Positions 1 through 12,655 of a stretch of DNA of 64,000 nucleotides are shown here, piece by piece; positions within the stretch are counted from its first letter, which is position 1, and every line of letters starts with the position of its first letter. The DNA is taken from NCBI RefSeq assembly GCF_000181795.1, contig NW_003526947.1, positions 642,388 to 706,387 on the forward strand. The letters run 5' to 3'. This DNA comes from Trichinella spiralis (Eukaryota). The position numbers and the translations under genes are program-made. The notes beneath the pieces were generated by a model that saw only the letters and a list, made by a program, of their open reading frames with translations, did not search any database and was not told the origin of the DNA.

Positions 1-442
1 AGATAAAATAATTTTTCCATGAGCTCAAAGAAGATAGCCAAAGAACGGGAGCAGTTGTTGGAAAGGGGGGAGAAAATTATTTTTACACTACCGAATATGG
101 AAAAAAAAGCTTCTCGGTAAAATCGACGGGCTTGGAAATAATAAATACCCTGGTGGCGTTGATAAACAAAATTTAAACTTTCATCATCGTTAAAGCAACT
201 ATTTCGTACGGAAAAATAACGTTCACACAATTATCATTTTGCACATACCGTTGGACGGATATATTTTGCAAAAAAAATCAATTCAACAACAACAACAATA
301 ATAATAATGAATGAATGAATGAATATGATAAAATTATCCAATAATAACCGCAATATATTTTCCAAAAAATATTATTATTACTGTTGTTGTTGTTGTCGCT
401 GGTGCTGCTATTATCAAATATACAAACATACACATTGCAGTG

Positions 443-2491
443 CTAATAATGAGCGTGACGATATACGACCGGCGGCGGAGGTGGTGGCGGTGGCAGAGGT
501 TGAGATTGAGGGGGTGGCTGAGTTGGAACCAGCTGACGCACTGGACTGGCGGAACGACAGCACGAAGATCGATAATTGTAGAATTTGTTCCAACTGTCCA
601 ACGTTTTGCTCGACCAAATCCAAAAACCGCTGGTTATGCCGACGACCAGCGTCATCAGATATTTCAGCATAAAAGCGACAAATTCCGGCTTGGGAGAATC
701 GTGGTCATAAGGCAGTTTTGGGCAAATTTGAGGAAAACCATAAAGCTGCTTGGTGACCGGATTTCGACACTGGGTGTCGTACCAAGTGACCATCCACCGA
801 GTGTAGCTGCTCACTTGGATCAGATCGCAAGCGATCAAGCACAACGCCGGCACGGCGTACAGTACACTGAAGACGCTGATGCGGATGATCAGCTTTTCCA
901 ATTTTTCAATTTTGCCGCCGTCGTGTTTCATAAAGCGACGAATTTTGATCAACGAAATGAAGCCGGCAATGAGAAAAAACGTGCCCAACGTCAAACAGAT
1001 GAACAGAGGCAGTAGAACGTAAACGCGCAGCGTGTACGGATCCCAATTGCCGACGCTGCAGATGCCGCTCAGGATGTCGCCGTCGATGCTCTGCGTTGCC
1101 AAGACGATGATCATCAGAACCGCCGGTGCACCCCAAGCGGTCAAGTGAAAATAGTGACTTTTCGACTCGATCGCCTCGTGGCCCCACTTCAATCCGGCCG
1201 CCAAAAACCAAGTCACATTCAACACGATCCACCAAACGCTGCTGGCAATTGTAAAATAATATTCGATTATAGCTAAAATCGTGCAAGCCGAATTGCGGGC
1301 ACCTTGACGAATGACATAAATCACAAGCGGTGCTATTTCGTCACCGCGCTGCTGTTGCAACGACAACTGCCGCTGGTGATGCTGCCAAGCTACAGTACCG
1401 TGGTCGAGTAGATCCCCGGCCGGCACATCTTGGTAGGTCATCTTGCGACAGGCGATGCTCTGTTTCGAAATGAAGCCGACAATGTAGACAATGGAAATTA
1501 TAAAATAGCATCCCGACAGGCAGATGATCGGCCTTTCCGGATAGCGGAATCGACGCATGTTGACCAGAAACGTCAGCACAGTGAAAAGAGTACTGGCAGC
1601 ACACATCACCGACCAAACGCCAATCCATATGCGTACAATTTCCAGCTCCTGTTTCGAAAAGAACATATGCTCGCAGGGTAGAACACACTGACGCAGCACG
1701 TCTTCGCCAACTCGCACCTGGTATTCGGTCACGTCCTTGGTGCTCAGCTGAAGTCGTTTGGGACACTGGAAGGTTCCGGTGACGTTGCCGCTTCGTAATG
1801 TACTAGTATCACTTGAAGAGGAGGACGAGGAGGAGGAGGAGGAGAAGGAGGAGGAAGAGGAAGAAGAAAAAGAAGCAGAAAACGACGACGGTAAAGTAGA
1901 AGAAGAAGGAGGATAAAACGCCTGGGTATATCGGATGCCTGGTGGTGGAGGTGAAGATAGCAGAGGTACGAAATCAACCGGCGGATGTGGTGTAGCTCGA
2001 GAAGTTTTGTTCTCACCAACGCATAAACCTTCTTCGGGAAATTTGTCGCAGTTGAGCGTATCCGGCCATTGGAAACCAAATTTATTCATCAACGTTTCAC
2101 ATCCATTTTTCGCAGACTGGCAGAGGTGACGACAGGGTGGAATCGGCTCGTCAAGTACCGTGCACACAGGCGCGTACATTGTGCACAGAAAAAATTTCAA
2201 ATCTGGACTGCAGCGCACCTTGACAAGCGGAAAAAACTGATGCACTTCCAATCCGGCATCTTCTTGTTTCGGATGGTTGAGCAAGTTGGGAAATATTGTC
2301 ATATTATATTCAATATCTTGACAGAGCGGAATTGTGATCGGTTCGCAGCGAGGGTTCAAAGGCGCGCCAGGGCCACCGTGGTTGTGAACTGGATAATGGT
2401 CACTGACGACCAGGTCAGGGCTGACTTGCCGCCACGCCGACGCGACCGACGAAATCAAAGAGCAAATGAAAAATATGCGCATCCCGCTCAA
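443..2491 (-). CDS. FZD: Frizzled receptor, Fz1/2/7 subfamily, intronless (682 aa)
   Basis: Signal peptide; [50 protein letters not shown] matches the FZD1/2/7 pattern; 7TM region with [10 protein letters not shown] and [10 protein letters not shown]; Dishevelled-binding KTLDSW (KTxxxW) motif; single ORF. Confidence 0.97.
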   Translation of the reverse strand: MSGMRIFFICSLISSVASAWRQVSPDLVVSDHYPVHNHGGPGAPLNPRCEPITIPLCQDIEYNMTIFPNLLNHPKQEDAGLEVHQFFPLVKVRCSPDLKFFLCTMYAPVCTVLDEPIPPCRHLCQSAKNGCETLMNKFGFQWPDTLNCDKFPEEGLCVGENKTSRATPHPPVDFVPLLSSPPPPGIRYTQAFYPPSSSTLPSSFSASFSSSSSSSFSSSSSSSSSSSDTSTLRSGNVTGTFQCPKRLQLSTKDVTEYQVRVGEDVLRQCVLPCEHMFFSKQELEIVRIWIGVWSVMCAASTLFTVLTFLVNMRRFRYPERPIICLSGCYFIISIVYIVGFISKQSIACRKMTYQDVPAGDLLDHGTVAWQHHQRQLSLQQQRGDEIAPLVIYVIRQGARNSACTILAIIEYYFTIASSVWWIVLNVTWFLAAGLKWGHEAIESKSHYFHLTAWGAPAVLMIIVLATQSIDGDILSGICSVGNWDPYTLRVYVLLPLFICLTLGTFFLIAGFISLIKIRRFMKHDGGKIEKLEKLIIRISVFSVLYAVPALCLIACDLIQVSSYTRWMVTWYDTQCRNPVTKQLYGFPQICPKLPYDHDSPKPEFVAFMLKYLMTLVVGITSGFWIWSSKTLDSWNKFYNYRSSCCRSASPVRQLVPTQPPPQSQPLPPPPPPPPVVYRHAHY

Positions 2492-4238
2492 TTATATCCC
2501 ACTTGAGCACAACAGTTTCACCTCACTTTTTCACCAACTTCAACTGAACAACACTTCAAACAAGCGCGGATACAACTGATTCGCTTCTCGGCAATTCGTC
2601 CGGCTTAAAACCAATACAACCAACCGAATTGAACTAAGCGACACCGCGCGGCGACCTAACTACCCACTACAGTATAAAACTCGCGCAAGTTCCATTTCAA
2701 TTCACTGACCTGATACTGAAATGCGTTTTAATTCAATTTACCTTATTTGAAAAACTTATTTGCACTTATATTAGAAATATTTTCATATAAAAAACACTAA
2801 ACTGCTTTTAATTAAAGAAATTTACAAATAACGTAAAATCCGTTCATTTTGAAAATAAATTCATCAGACAAAAAAAGACTATTCAATTGCTTTTAAAAAA
2901 TAATAATGCATCATGAATAATTGTAAATTTAGCAAATTTGATATGAAAATTAAAACGAAAAAAAACAAACTTCAAACAGCAGACATGTGCGAACTTTTTT
3001 CTAAACTTATCGATTAATTCATGTTGTTTTTGATCTTTTGGTATTGTAGGTATTTTTGTTTTACACGCTTATTCCAGAAAATTATTTCAATCACTGAATG
3101 AATTTCAATACAGTTGTACAACCGTTCTACAGTGGTGCTTTTACGATTCGTCAATTATAAAAAAAAGTATTATATGTAGCATATGTGATTAAAAAAATCA
3201 AAAGAAATCCAATCCAAAAAAAATCATTCGTAAAATTTATTTTTGAACTGATTCTGAGCAATTTGCGTGCGATTCATTTCTGTCACTATTTACCAGATCA
3301 TTTTAGGATGGAAAATATTAAATTTTAAGTCATTAAAATTTCAATTTCATAATGATATTTATCGATTAAATTTTTGACACTTTACTGACAAATATACTCA
3401 AACTTGCTTTAACTTTTACTGTAGTCAAGCTGTTGCATCTTATAATAATCATTGATATAGTTGAATTGTGCTATTTATATTGTCCAGATATTGTAATAGT
3501 TGATATTTATAAATATAATCACAAATAACTTCAATTCATTCAACTCCTTTGCAATATTGAAAAATAATCTTGAAAGAACTACAGTAAGTGATATGAGCAA
3601 AATTTAAATTTAAAATGACTTTAAAGTGCTCATTAATTTAAAGTAATTGTATGATTGTTAATTCGATTTTTAAAAATTGAATAAATTGTATTTCTTTTGT
3701 AAAGAATTTTCATGTATACTGTTCTAGGATACGGTAATGAAGTCAGTCACACTTGTTAAGATTTCGCATTACGAGAAAGAGGAAAGCATTTAGAGGCGTT
3801 TTACTTAAAGGTTGTTAATTTTTATGGAAATATGAATTTACAATTGTGAAATATTAAATAAAAACGTTTTTCGAGTTAATTCTCAGGTTTGATGTGTCGT
3901 CTCGATGATCTGTTTTCTTCTATTGAATGTTAAATTTTTTACGCTTTTTAACTATCAATATCTTGAAAGTTTGTATAATTGAAAACAGATTGTGTAATTA
4001 ATGTATATACTAATGGGAAAATGGAAAAATGTTTTCATTTTATAAAATTCCAATGAATTTGTTAACTGTTTAATAGTAATAAACTTTTTTTCGTAAACAT
4101 TCAAAATGTTTATTTTTTTAGCATTTCAATTGAAATAATTTCGCTATTTGAAACTGCAATCGTTTTAGACGTATTGTCTGAAGAAGCTTTTATTAAAATA
4201 TTTTAAAGTTTGCTCGACTATTGCAGTGGCATCGCAGA

Positions 4239-7200
4239 ATGTTGTTATTGTATGAAACTGCAAGTGGCTATGCTATTTTCCGAGTAAGTTTATTTTAAAT
4301 GGTTAACTTTTATTATCAGTTGTGAAGTTGAAAGGTTGAATATCAAATGAATTAGCAAAGGATAGAAGTGAGAAACGTTTCGAGCGTAGACAGTAGAACA
4401 GTATGTTCTTGAGATTATAGGCGCACTGAAGCAATTAACATTGTTTGCTTAGTTTTCCAATTCAAGATGTCAGTTGGTCATTTGAATTCTGCTATTCGCA
4501 TCCGTCTTTTAATTTAAAGAATTTTCAAGTGTTTCAAAATATTCAGTGATTTTATCATATTGATCCCACTTCCAACATACAGATTGAAAGCAATGACAAG
4601 GCTTTGTTAAATTTTCCTGTCATATTTAAATACTTATTTGTGATAAATTTAATTTGGTTTTAAATTTCGTAAATTGATTGGTTTTTTCCGTTAGCGTGCT
4701 AAACTGCAAATGACACTTGGGACGCTTCAATCGAACTTAGTAATTTATCATTTTCTGTCGTTGTTTGTTTGACTTGATTATCAAGACTTGACTGCGTCAC
4801 TTTTAATCTTCTGCAGTTATTATTATTCAATCGAATAAAATTGATTTTTCAAAGCATATTATTTTAAAGATTAATTTATTTGCATCTTATGACATAAAAT
4901 TTATTTGGGCATATTTGTTTTGCTTTGAATGTAAAATGATAAAATTCTTATCAATTCTTTCTGAAATAATAATTTACAAGTGAATTTAAAAAATAAAGTT
5001 TACTCTTTAATTAAATTAAAGCAGTGAATGGTTTTTTTTCTATTTTCAAATTTGTTGAACATTTTATGAAAATAATTTTCAATTTTATTATTTTTTCCCC
5101 TAATAGATTTCGGAGAAATTCAACTTGATGAAAGTTGACGATCTTTGGTCCGAGTTTGAATCGCCCGACAAAGCTCGACAATTGTACGTGATTTTCATTA
5201 TTAAATTTTCATTCGGTAATTTCTTTTTTTTACATATTTTAGCGTGCAGCTTGTGAATTTCAGAAAATTCTCCGATGTTAATCAATCTTTGAAGTGTATG
5301 TGTTTTTTGATTTTAAAAAAGTTTATTTTTGTTTCACAAAATGAAATATTTCAGCAACGATGGATATTATGGAAAATAAATGCTCCAAACCGTTGAAAAA
5401 AGTCATAAAAAAGTTTGTGCTTCCTGAGATGCAGGAAAAGCTCGCTGTTGCTGATGCTAAGCTTGGCAATTTAATTCAGGTGCAATTTAATTCAGAAAAA
5501 TGTACTGAAAATAAAATTATATAATTTTTTAGGAAAAATTTCCTGGAATAAGTTGCTTGTCAAATTCGAAAATTACCGAATTATTTCGTGGTGTTCGATC
5601 CAATCTGAACGCACTGCTTGTCGACATTCCACGCAGGGAACTTGAAAATATGGCAGTGGCTTTGGCTCACAAGTAGAGTTTGTTTGTTTATTTAATATTT
5701 TTTTTTCGTGATTTTGCTAAATTTTTGTTTTTAATCAGCATGTCGCGTCACAAATTGAAATTTACAGCCGAGAAAATTGACATGATGATTGTTCAAGCTA
5801 TCGGTAATTATTTTATCATTTTCAATTTCCATTATTACAGTGGAAATTATATTATCTTTATATACTGTAGGTCTGCATGACGATCTTGACAGAGAATTGA
5901 ACAATTATGCTATGCGATGCCGTGAATGGTATGGTTGGCATTTTCCAGAATTGGGAAAGTGTATCTCCGATCATTTGCTCTACGCACAGATAGTGGAACG
6001 AATTGGTATATAAATTAATATAACTAAATCAGTGTATAATTTGGTGTTGACGAAACGGAAAAAGTATTCCGTATTATAATTATATTATTTTATTCATAAA
6101 TCCAATCTGATTATTCAGTCAAATTTACGCAATTGAAATTGTTCTTTTTTTTGGTTTCAGGGTTTCGTGAATGCGCGCCGATGACAAATCTTTCTGATCT
6201 GTTGAGTGAAGATTTGCAGAAAAAAGTGAAAAAAATGTCACTGCATAGTTTGGGCACGGAAATTTCTACTACTGATTTGAAGAGTATAAAGCTTCTTTGC
6301 AAACAGGTAGAAAAATTTTCATATTTATCTTCACAGTTTGATTAATTAATTTCAGATAATTGAAATCAGCAAATATCGTACCGAATTGGGCAATTATTTG
6401 AGAGCTCGCATGTTTTCTTTGGCACCGAATCTCGCCTCTTTGACTGGAGAGATTATTGGAGCTAGGTTAATTGCTCGAGCAGGTAAAATAACAACAATAT
6501 GGTTTATTAATTTTTCTTCAGAAAAATATTTTTTATAATAAAAATTATTATTGTTATCTTTGTTTTTTTTGTTTTTCTCTTGTTTTAGGATCGTTACTGG
6601 GTTTGTCCAAAATGTCTGCGTCGACAATTCAAATTATTGGTGCAGAGAAGGCGTTGTTCCGGGCGATCAAAACTAAACGCGACACTCCAAAATACGGCTT
6701 GATTTATCACGCGCAAATTATTTCAACCGTTCCGCAAAAATTGAAAGGAAAAGTAAGTTTTCTGTTTTTGCTGCTTATACAATGAAGTGAAAATTTTTGA
6801 TAAAAAAAATGGATCCTATGTATGTATGTATATTTTGCTTAGGTTGCCCGAATGTTGGCAAACAAAGCCTCTTTGGCTGTTCGCTATGATGCTTTATCAG
6901 AACACACTGATGATGGTGATATGAACATTTTGGGTTTGGAACAACGAGCCATACTGGAAAAACGTATTAAAGCACTAGAGACAGAAATTGTAGGAATTTT
7001 CAATATTCAAAACGCTCGAATATTATTAATTTATACAAAAATTAAATAATAGACTCATCAAGCGACTAAAACGAAAAAAGTTCGTTTTAGAGAAACTCCG
7101 TCTATTATACACGGGTAAGTAAGTGGTGATGAGGGAGAGGGAGAATTAGAATAATTGTGAACGAATGGGGAGTTTGAATTTGGTGAAATTTTAATTTTAG

Positions 7201-8826
7201 CGGTGGCGAATTTTATGACACTAGTGCAGATTTTACATTACCACGTAAAAGGAAACATGAAAACGACAATGCTTCAGAATTTATCGAGACGAAGAAATTA
7301 AAGTTAACTTCAATTCTGAAGGGTAATTTGAAATTTCATTTTTCTTTTTCAAATTTGTTTCTATTTCTGAAAATGTATACTGTTTATTTCTAGATGAAAA
7401 AAAGGAACGAAGTAAAAAATTGACTATTCAACAGCATCAACTTGCCGGTGATTATTATTTCAGTGTTATATCATTTTATTGCATTGATGATGAAATTTTG
7501 TTTACTGTAATTTCCAAATCATCTTTCTAGGGGAAGCTGAAGGTTATAAAGTTGAAAAGAAAATGAAAAAAGAAAAGCATTTGAAAGAAGGTTTGAAAAT
7601 ATTGTCTTTTGCAGAATTTTATTAATTTGGCATATCAAAAAAGTGTTTTTTTATTTTATGAATATTCAAATTATTCTGATGATTGTAGAAAGTGTTTTCA
7701 TGGAGCAACCTGCAGTTGAAAGTTTCGTGGAACAGGAGGAGATGGTTGAGAGTAGTGTAATTGTTGAAGGTGTGTGAAATTTTGATTGAATTGAATCAAA
7801 TGGGTTATATTTTTTTTTCATTCAGAGGATAACGACAAGAAGAAAAAGAAGAAGAAGAAGAAACGCACCTCTGACAGCGCAGACATCACATTAGAGTCTG
7901 TAGAGGCTCTTGGTGAAATTAAAACCGAACCGCAGTTGGAGATTGTTCAAGACGTGAACGGTAAGAAATGATTAGTAATTATGCAAAGTGGATATGCATA
8001 AATAAGTGAATAATATGTATAAAATTTACAATTGAAATGATGTAAAAATTTAAAATTGCTAAAGCAGATCCAAATGATTTGGAAAAATTATATGAGAATA
8101 TGGTTTTTTATTAAAAATAAAACTCTACATTGGAAAAATGATAAAAATTTTTTGATTGAAAATGATTTTCAGTAAAAAAGAAAAAAAGGAAACGAAAAAG
8201 TGGTGAAGAGATTGAATCAAGTGAGAAAAAAATCACTGTTAAAGAAGAAAAAGAAGAAAAACGAAAAGACGACGACGGCAACGTCGAGGAAGAAGATACT
8301 GATTTAAAAAATCTATCTCAAGAGTTATCAGGTAGATTTGAAAATTTGTAATGTTGAATGGATGAATTGTGAAATTTGAAAGATGTGATAAATTTTAGTG
8401 AAAAGTAAAAAGAAGAAGAAAATGAAAAAGCATCAGATGGAAGAAGAAGAGCATGAAGCGAAAGAAGAACAGCATTTGTATGGGGAAGAAAGAGAAGAAG
8501 AAGAAGAAGAAACAGGAGAATCTAAATTGAATTTGTCTACACAGTCGAGTAGGTGGAATAATTCTAATTTTAAAAATATAAAATTTTTTTATTACATTAT
8601 TAAGAATAATAATAAGAAAAAAGTCAGGAAAATTTGTAATTGATGAAATTGGACATATTTCGTTGATTGTCACTTTATTTATCCAATATCATAATAAATC
8701 ATTGTTATTATTAGGTTGAATTTTAGCATTTTTGTGAAATATTAATTAATTAATTTTTTTGAAGTTGAGAAGAAAAAGAAGAAAAAAAAGAAAAAGAAGA
8801 ACGACAGTGTAGTAGAAGTAGGTTGA
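4239..8826 (+). CDS. NOP58: Nucleolar protein 58 (box C/D snoRNP core), multi-exon
   Basis: Exon 1 4239-4283 [15 protein letters not shown]|gtaag. Later exons encode [81 protein letters not shown], then a Lys/Glu-rich tail. Last exon and stop are uncertain (TGA 8824-8826, or a further small exon near 8977). Confidence 0.93.
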
Positions 8827-9884
8827 TTGTCTGTTGTTTCTTTTGTTTTAATGTTGCATCAGTGTTTTTATTTTCATTTTTCATGAATTATAAATTTTTT
8901 TAAATTGTGATATAAATGAATATATATATGTGTGTGTGTGTGGTGGTATAAATTTAAATTTGTTGTTGTTTTTAAGGAATAAGATCGATGTAAAAATGAT
9001 GAAAGGATTTGGTATGCATTTTGTTTGTCTGTGTGTATATGGAATATATTTTTTGTTTATTTTTTAGAAGTACAAAGAAGCAGCATTAAAAAAATACACG
9101 AAACAGATCTGTATCTATCTTCCTGTCTACTTGTCAGTCTGTCTGTCTGAAATAAAAATCTATTCAAAAGTTCAGTGTATTATTATTATTTACTGTTTGT
9201 TCGATATTGAAAAGCATAAGTAAAGTAGTTGTAGTTTAAAAAATTATCAGTTAGAAAATATAAAAATAGGATTGGATTAATTTTATGAACTGTTATTAAT
9301 ATAAAAAAAAGAATTAGTCAGTTATTACGATTGCATGTGATTTGAAAGCAAAATTCAAATTTACATATACATGTATGATGATATCGATGAAAATTATTTA
9401 ATGTGAATTTATGAATTAAAAGTAGTAAATTTTGTCAAAAATAAAAGAGAAAATTAATAACAGATATGAGTTATTTAATGAGAATTAATTGTAATAAAAT
9501 TGTTATGATAAAAAGCAATGTGAAAAATTGTACAGTTTTGTATTATTAGTGATTTGTATGCAATTTCCGGAAGTGAACAAACAGTTCAATTGTTATAGTA
9601 GTAGTAGTAAGAGTAATTGAACCATTTTGGAGATGAAACGGGGTAGATAGGAGGGGTATGCATAGTTTCTCAGGGTGAAAATTTCAAATTTGATTGATGA
9701 TGGTCATTTTGATATGTGGTTCGTTGTCAAGTGGGGAGCAATTTCTCTTATCTTGTAGAAGGAAATTTCTCAAGCAATGGAGCTTCTGAAATAAAAAGAA
9801 CAACGACAATGAGTAAGTAAGTAGTACTGCATAAATCAGCTTTTATTTCAGATTTTCAATTATATACTTTGTAGTTCAGGGTTG

Positions 9885-9962
9885 TCGTTGTGGTTGTTGT
9901 TGCTGCTGCTACTGCTACTGCTGCTGCTGCTGCTATTTCTGCTCTTGCTCCTGCTACTGACT
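9885..9962. repeat. Mixed GTT/GCT/ACT trinucleotide microsatellite upstream of the Wnt gene
   Basis: Directly visible: gttgttgctgctgctactgctactgctgctgctgct. Confidence 0.8.
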
Positions 9963-10555
9963 GCCGTTGGCCAGATTTCTTTTATGCTCGGCTATGAATA
10001 AAACCCGACCGCCACCATGTCAGCGGCCATTTTGGAAAATCAGGTTTTCAATAGTAGGTACGTATTAGCCTTAACATGCGATGCCATTTCACGAGCATTC
10101 ATTCCATTACATCTTCTCCTAATAGGGATGTTAAAGTTGAAAGGCACAATTGTAGTGGGCAATTTTGATTAACCTGTACTCTGTAATTTTTACCATTTTA
10201 TTGCCTAGATGTCTCTGCTGAACGGATACTTTCGATTGCTAATTGGAAAAAGGTAAATTCAATTTCCTCCATCCATTTCTTTTTCTATCATTTTCAAATT
10301 TTGTCTGCTGTCTTTGTCTTTTTCTTTTCATCTCTTGTCTGGCTAGCATTCTCTGTCCCTGTCTCTTTTTCTTTGCTTGCGTTCCATTCGGTGATTAATG
10401 TTAAAAATTTAAAACGACATGTCAATTCACCGGCATACACTGGACAACTACTACGCCTTGTGACTATTTTTATTTCCTTGCAATTTATTGTGTTTTGTTG
10501 TTGTTATTTTTTTCTTTTTTTTTGCTTCTGATCAAGCATACTCAAATGAACTACA

Positions 10556-12655
10556 ATGTTTATGATTAAAAATGCAAATAGTTGTAATAAGCTTGCCTTT
10601 GTTATCGTAGCTATACTCGCCTTTACTTGGTAAGCAAATTTTTTAAATCTTCCATTTTCTACTAAATCACTTACAAATGGATTTTATTTATTTATTTATT
10701 TATTTATTGTCATTTGTAAATTTATCTTAAATAATATCAACATACAATTTAATTTATTCAAATGATACAGTTTCAACATGTGGATTAAATTATGATGGAA
10801 ATAGTTTTTATCATATTGTTCAAATTTGATATGCTCGAAAAGGGAAAAAAATGAAATAAATAACTTTTCTTTTTTTTATGATTCCCACAGAATTGTTTTT
10901 TTTCAATTTTTCATAGTCAGATAGTCAATTGCATTACGGAGCTTGTTATGGAGCTACAAAATATACAATATCAACAATACGTTGAATCTATTTTTAATAG
11001 TTTTCCATTTTTGATTAATAGACAATGAAACTATTTATATTATTTAAAAAAAGTTTAAAATAAGTTCGGCAAAATAGAATGAAAATTTTGAAACCAATTT
11101 CAATTGAAATTTAGCAAAAATTTTAAATTTTTTAAGATTCGCTTGGACAAATTTTTGATTGATTGAGTTTGCCTTTCATTCGTTCAATGTTTTATTCTAG
11201 TATTTTTCATTCTTATCTGATCTTTTTTGTTTTTAGAATAATTTAAACATATTTATTTCAAAATTATGTCGATTGTATTCGAATTTGAAATTATTTTTTA
11301 AAATACTCTCTTCCTTCAATTGTCATTATCTATTTTTTCTCTATTATTTATTCATAACAATAGCTTTTTGCATGATATGATATTGTATATGAATGTAGTG
11401 GAATAATATTAGTAGCCAAAATAATGATTGATGGCTATTTTTGAAAGTCTCATTTTCACGTTATCACTGCTTATGCAGGGCTCACATGCTACCAAAAAGT
11501 TTGAGAAGACAACATTTCAAAGATGCGTGGCCAAGAAAGGAAGAAGCATGTGCACCGGAGATATTGTCCATTCGACGCAATCGTCAATTGTTCGTCTTGT
11601 GCCGTCACAGACCCGTCCTCGCAAAATCTCTTCTTTCTGGCCTGAAAGAAGCTGTCCGAGAATGTCAATTTCAAATGAAGCACAATCGTTGGAATTGTTC
11701 GTTCGGTTACCATTCAATGGATTATACTCTACTTGACAATCCACCAATATTGAATTTCGGTAATAAAATTGCTTGTTTCAATAAAAAATAATGAAATTGT
11801 TTTTTTTTTGCATATTCCTTTTTGCCCTGAAGGTTACAAAGAAACGTCATTTTTGGTGGCTTTATCTTCAGCCGGAGCTGCTTGGAGTGTAGCAAGAGCT
11901 TGTGCTAATGGACAGCTGACGTCGTGCACTTGCAACAATCGACAACATTCTAGCCAACAGGCGTGGAAATGGGGCGGCTGTTCGTACAGCATCAAATTTG
12001 GTCTGGTCAATTCGAGACGATTGCTTACATCGAAGCACAGTATTCACAAGGCAAACTTGTTGAAGCTAGTTTACAAGCATAATCTGAAAGCCGGACGAAT
12101 GGTAAGCACATTTTGTATATTTTATTTTGTAGAAGAGTGGAGAAAAAAGCAGAAATAGAAATTAAAATTTTCAATAATTCAACTTTTTTGTTTGAGGCAT
12201 TGAAACGAACATTGAAACGAGATTGCAAATGTCACGGTATCTCGGGAAGTTGTCAGATGAAAACATGCTGGAAATCTCCGGCCGAATTCCGCGAAATTGG
12301 AACCCATTTGAAGAAAAAATTAAGCCGAGCAATGTTCATATTGCAGAACCATTCGCCGAACGATTCACGCTACATTGCACAGCAGCTAAAAGCGGCCGAG
12401 CTTGTCTATTTTGAACAATCGCCAACATACTGCGAACCGTTGAGTCATATCCGTTCGGTGGGTACCAGGGGACGTATTTGTAGTGTGCGCAATCAAACTC
12501 ACAGCTTTGCCGACTGTGAAATTGTCTGCTGTGGACGTGGATATTTCCACCAAGCGGAACTTGTTGTCGAAAATTGCAATTGCAAATTTCACTGGTGTTG
12601 TCAAGTGATGTGCGATAAATGTCGTCGGACCAATTGGATTTCCAAATGTCGTTAG
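10556..12655 (+). CDS. WNT: Wnt ligand, most like Wnt10/lin-44 class; 4 exons (~10556-10629, 11479-11759, 11833-12101, 12197-12655)
   Basis: Hydrophobic signal exon ending TG|gtaag joins in frame to exon 2. Motifs ECQFQMKHNRWNCS, YKETSFLVALSSAG, WKWGGCS, HNLKAGR, CKCHGISGSCQMKTCWK (acylated Ser retained), LVYFEQSPTYC, CCGRGY, CNCKFHWCCQVMC. The GSCQxKTCW and LVYFExSP motifs suggest Wnt10; the subfamily call is less certain than the family call. Confidence 0.95.

Noticed and set aside
319..2506. Plus-strand and alternate-frame ORFs over Frizzled
   Set aside because: Shadows of a GC-rich CDS and of microsatellites; no independent motifs.
3287..3300. TATTTACCAGATC, reminiscent of a Trichinella spliced-leader sequence as I recall it
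   Set aside because: Not followed by AG|GT or an Sm site, and my recollection of the leader cannot be verified here.
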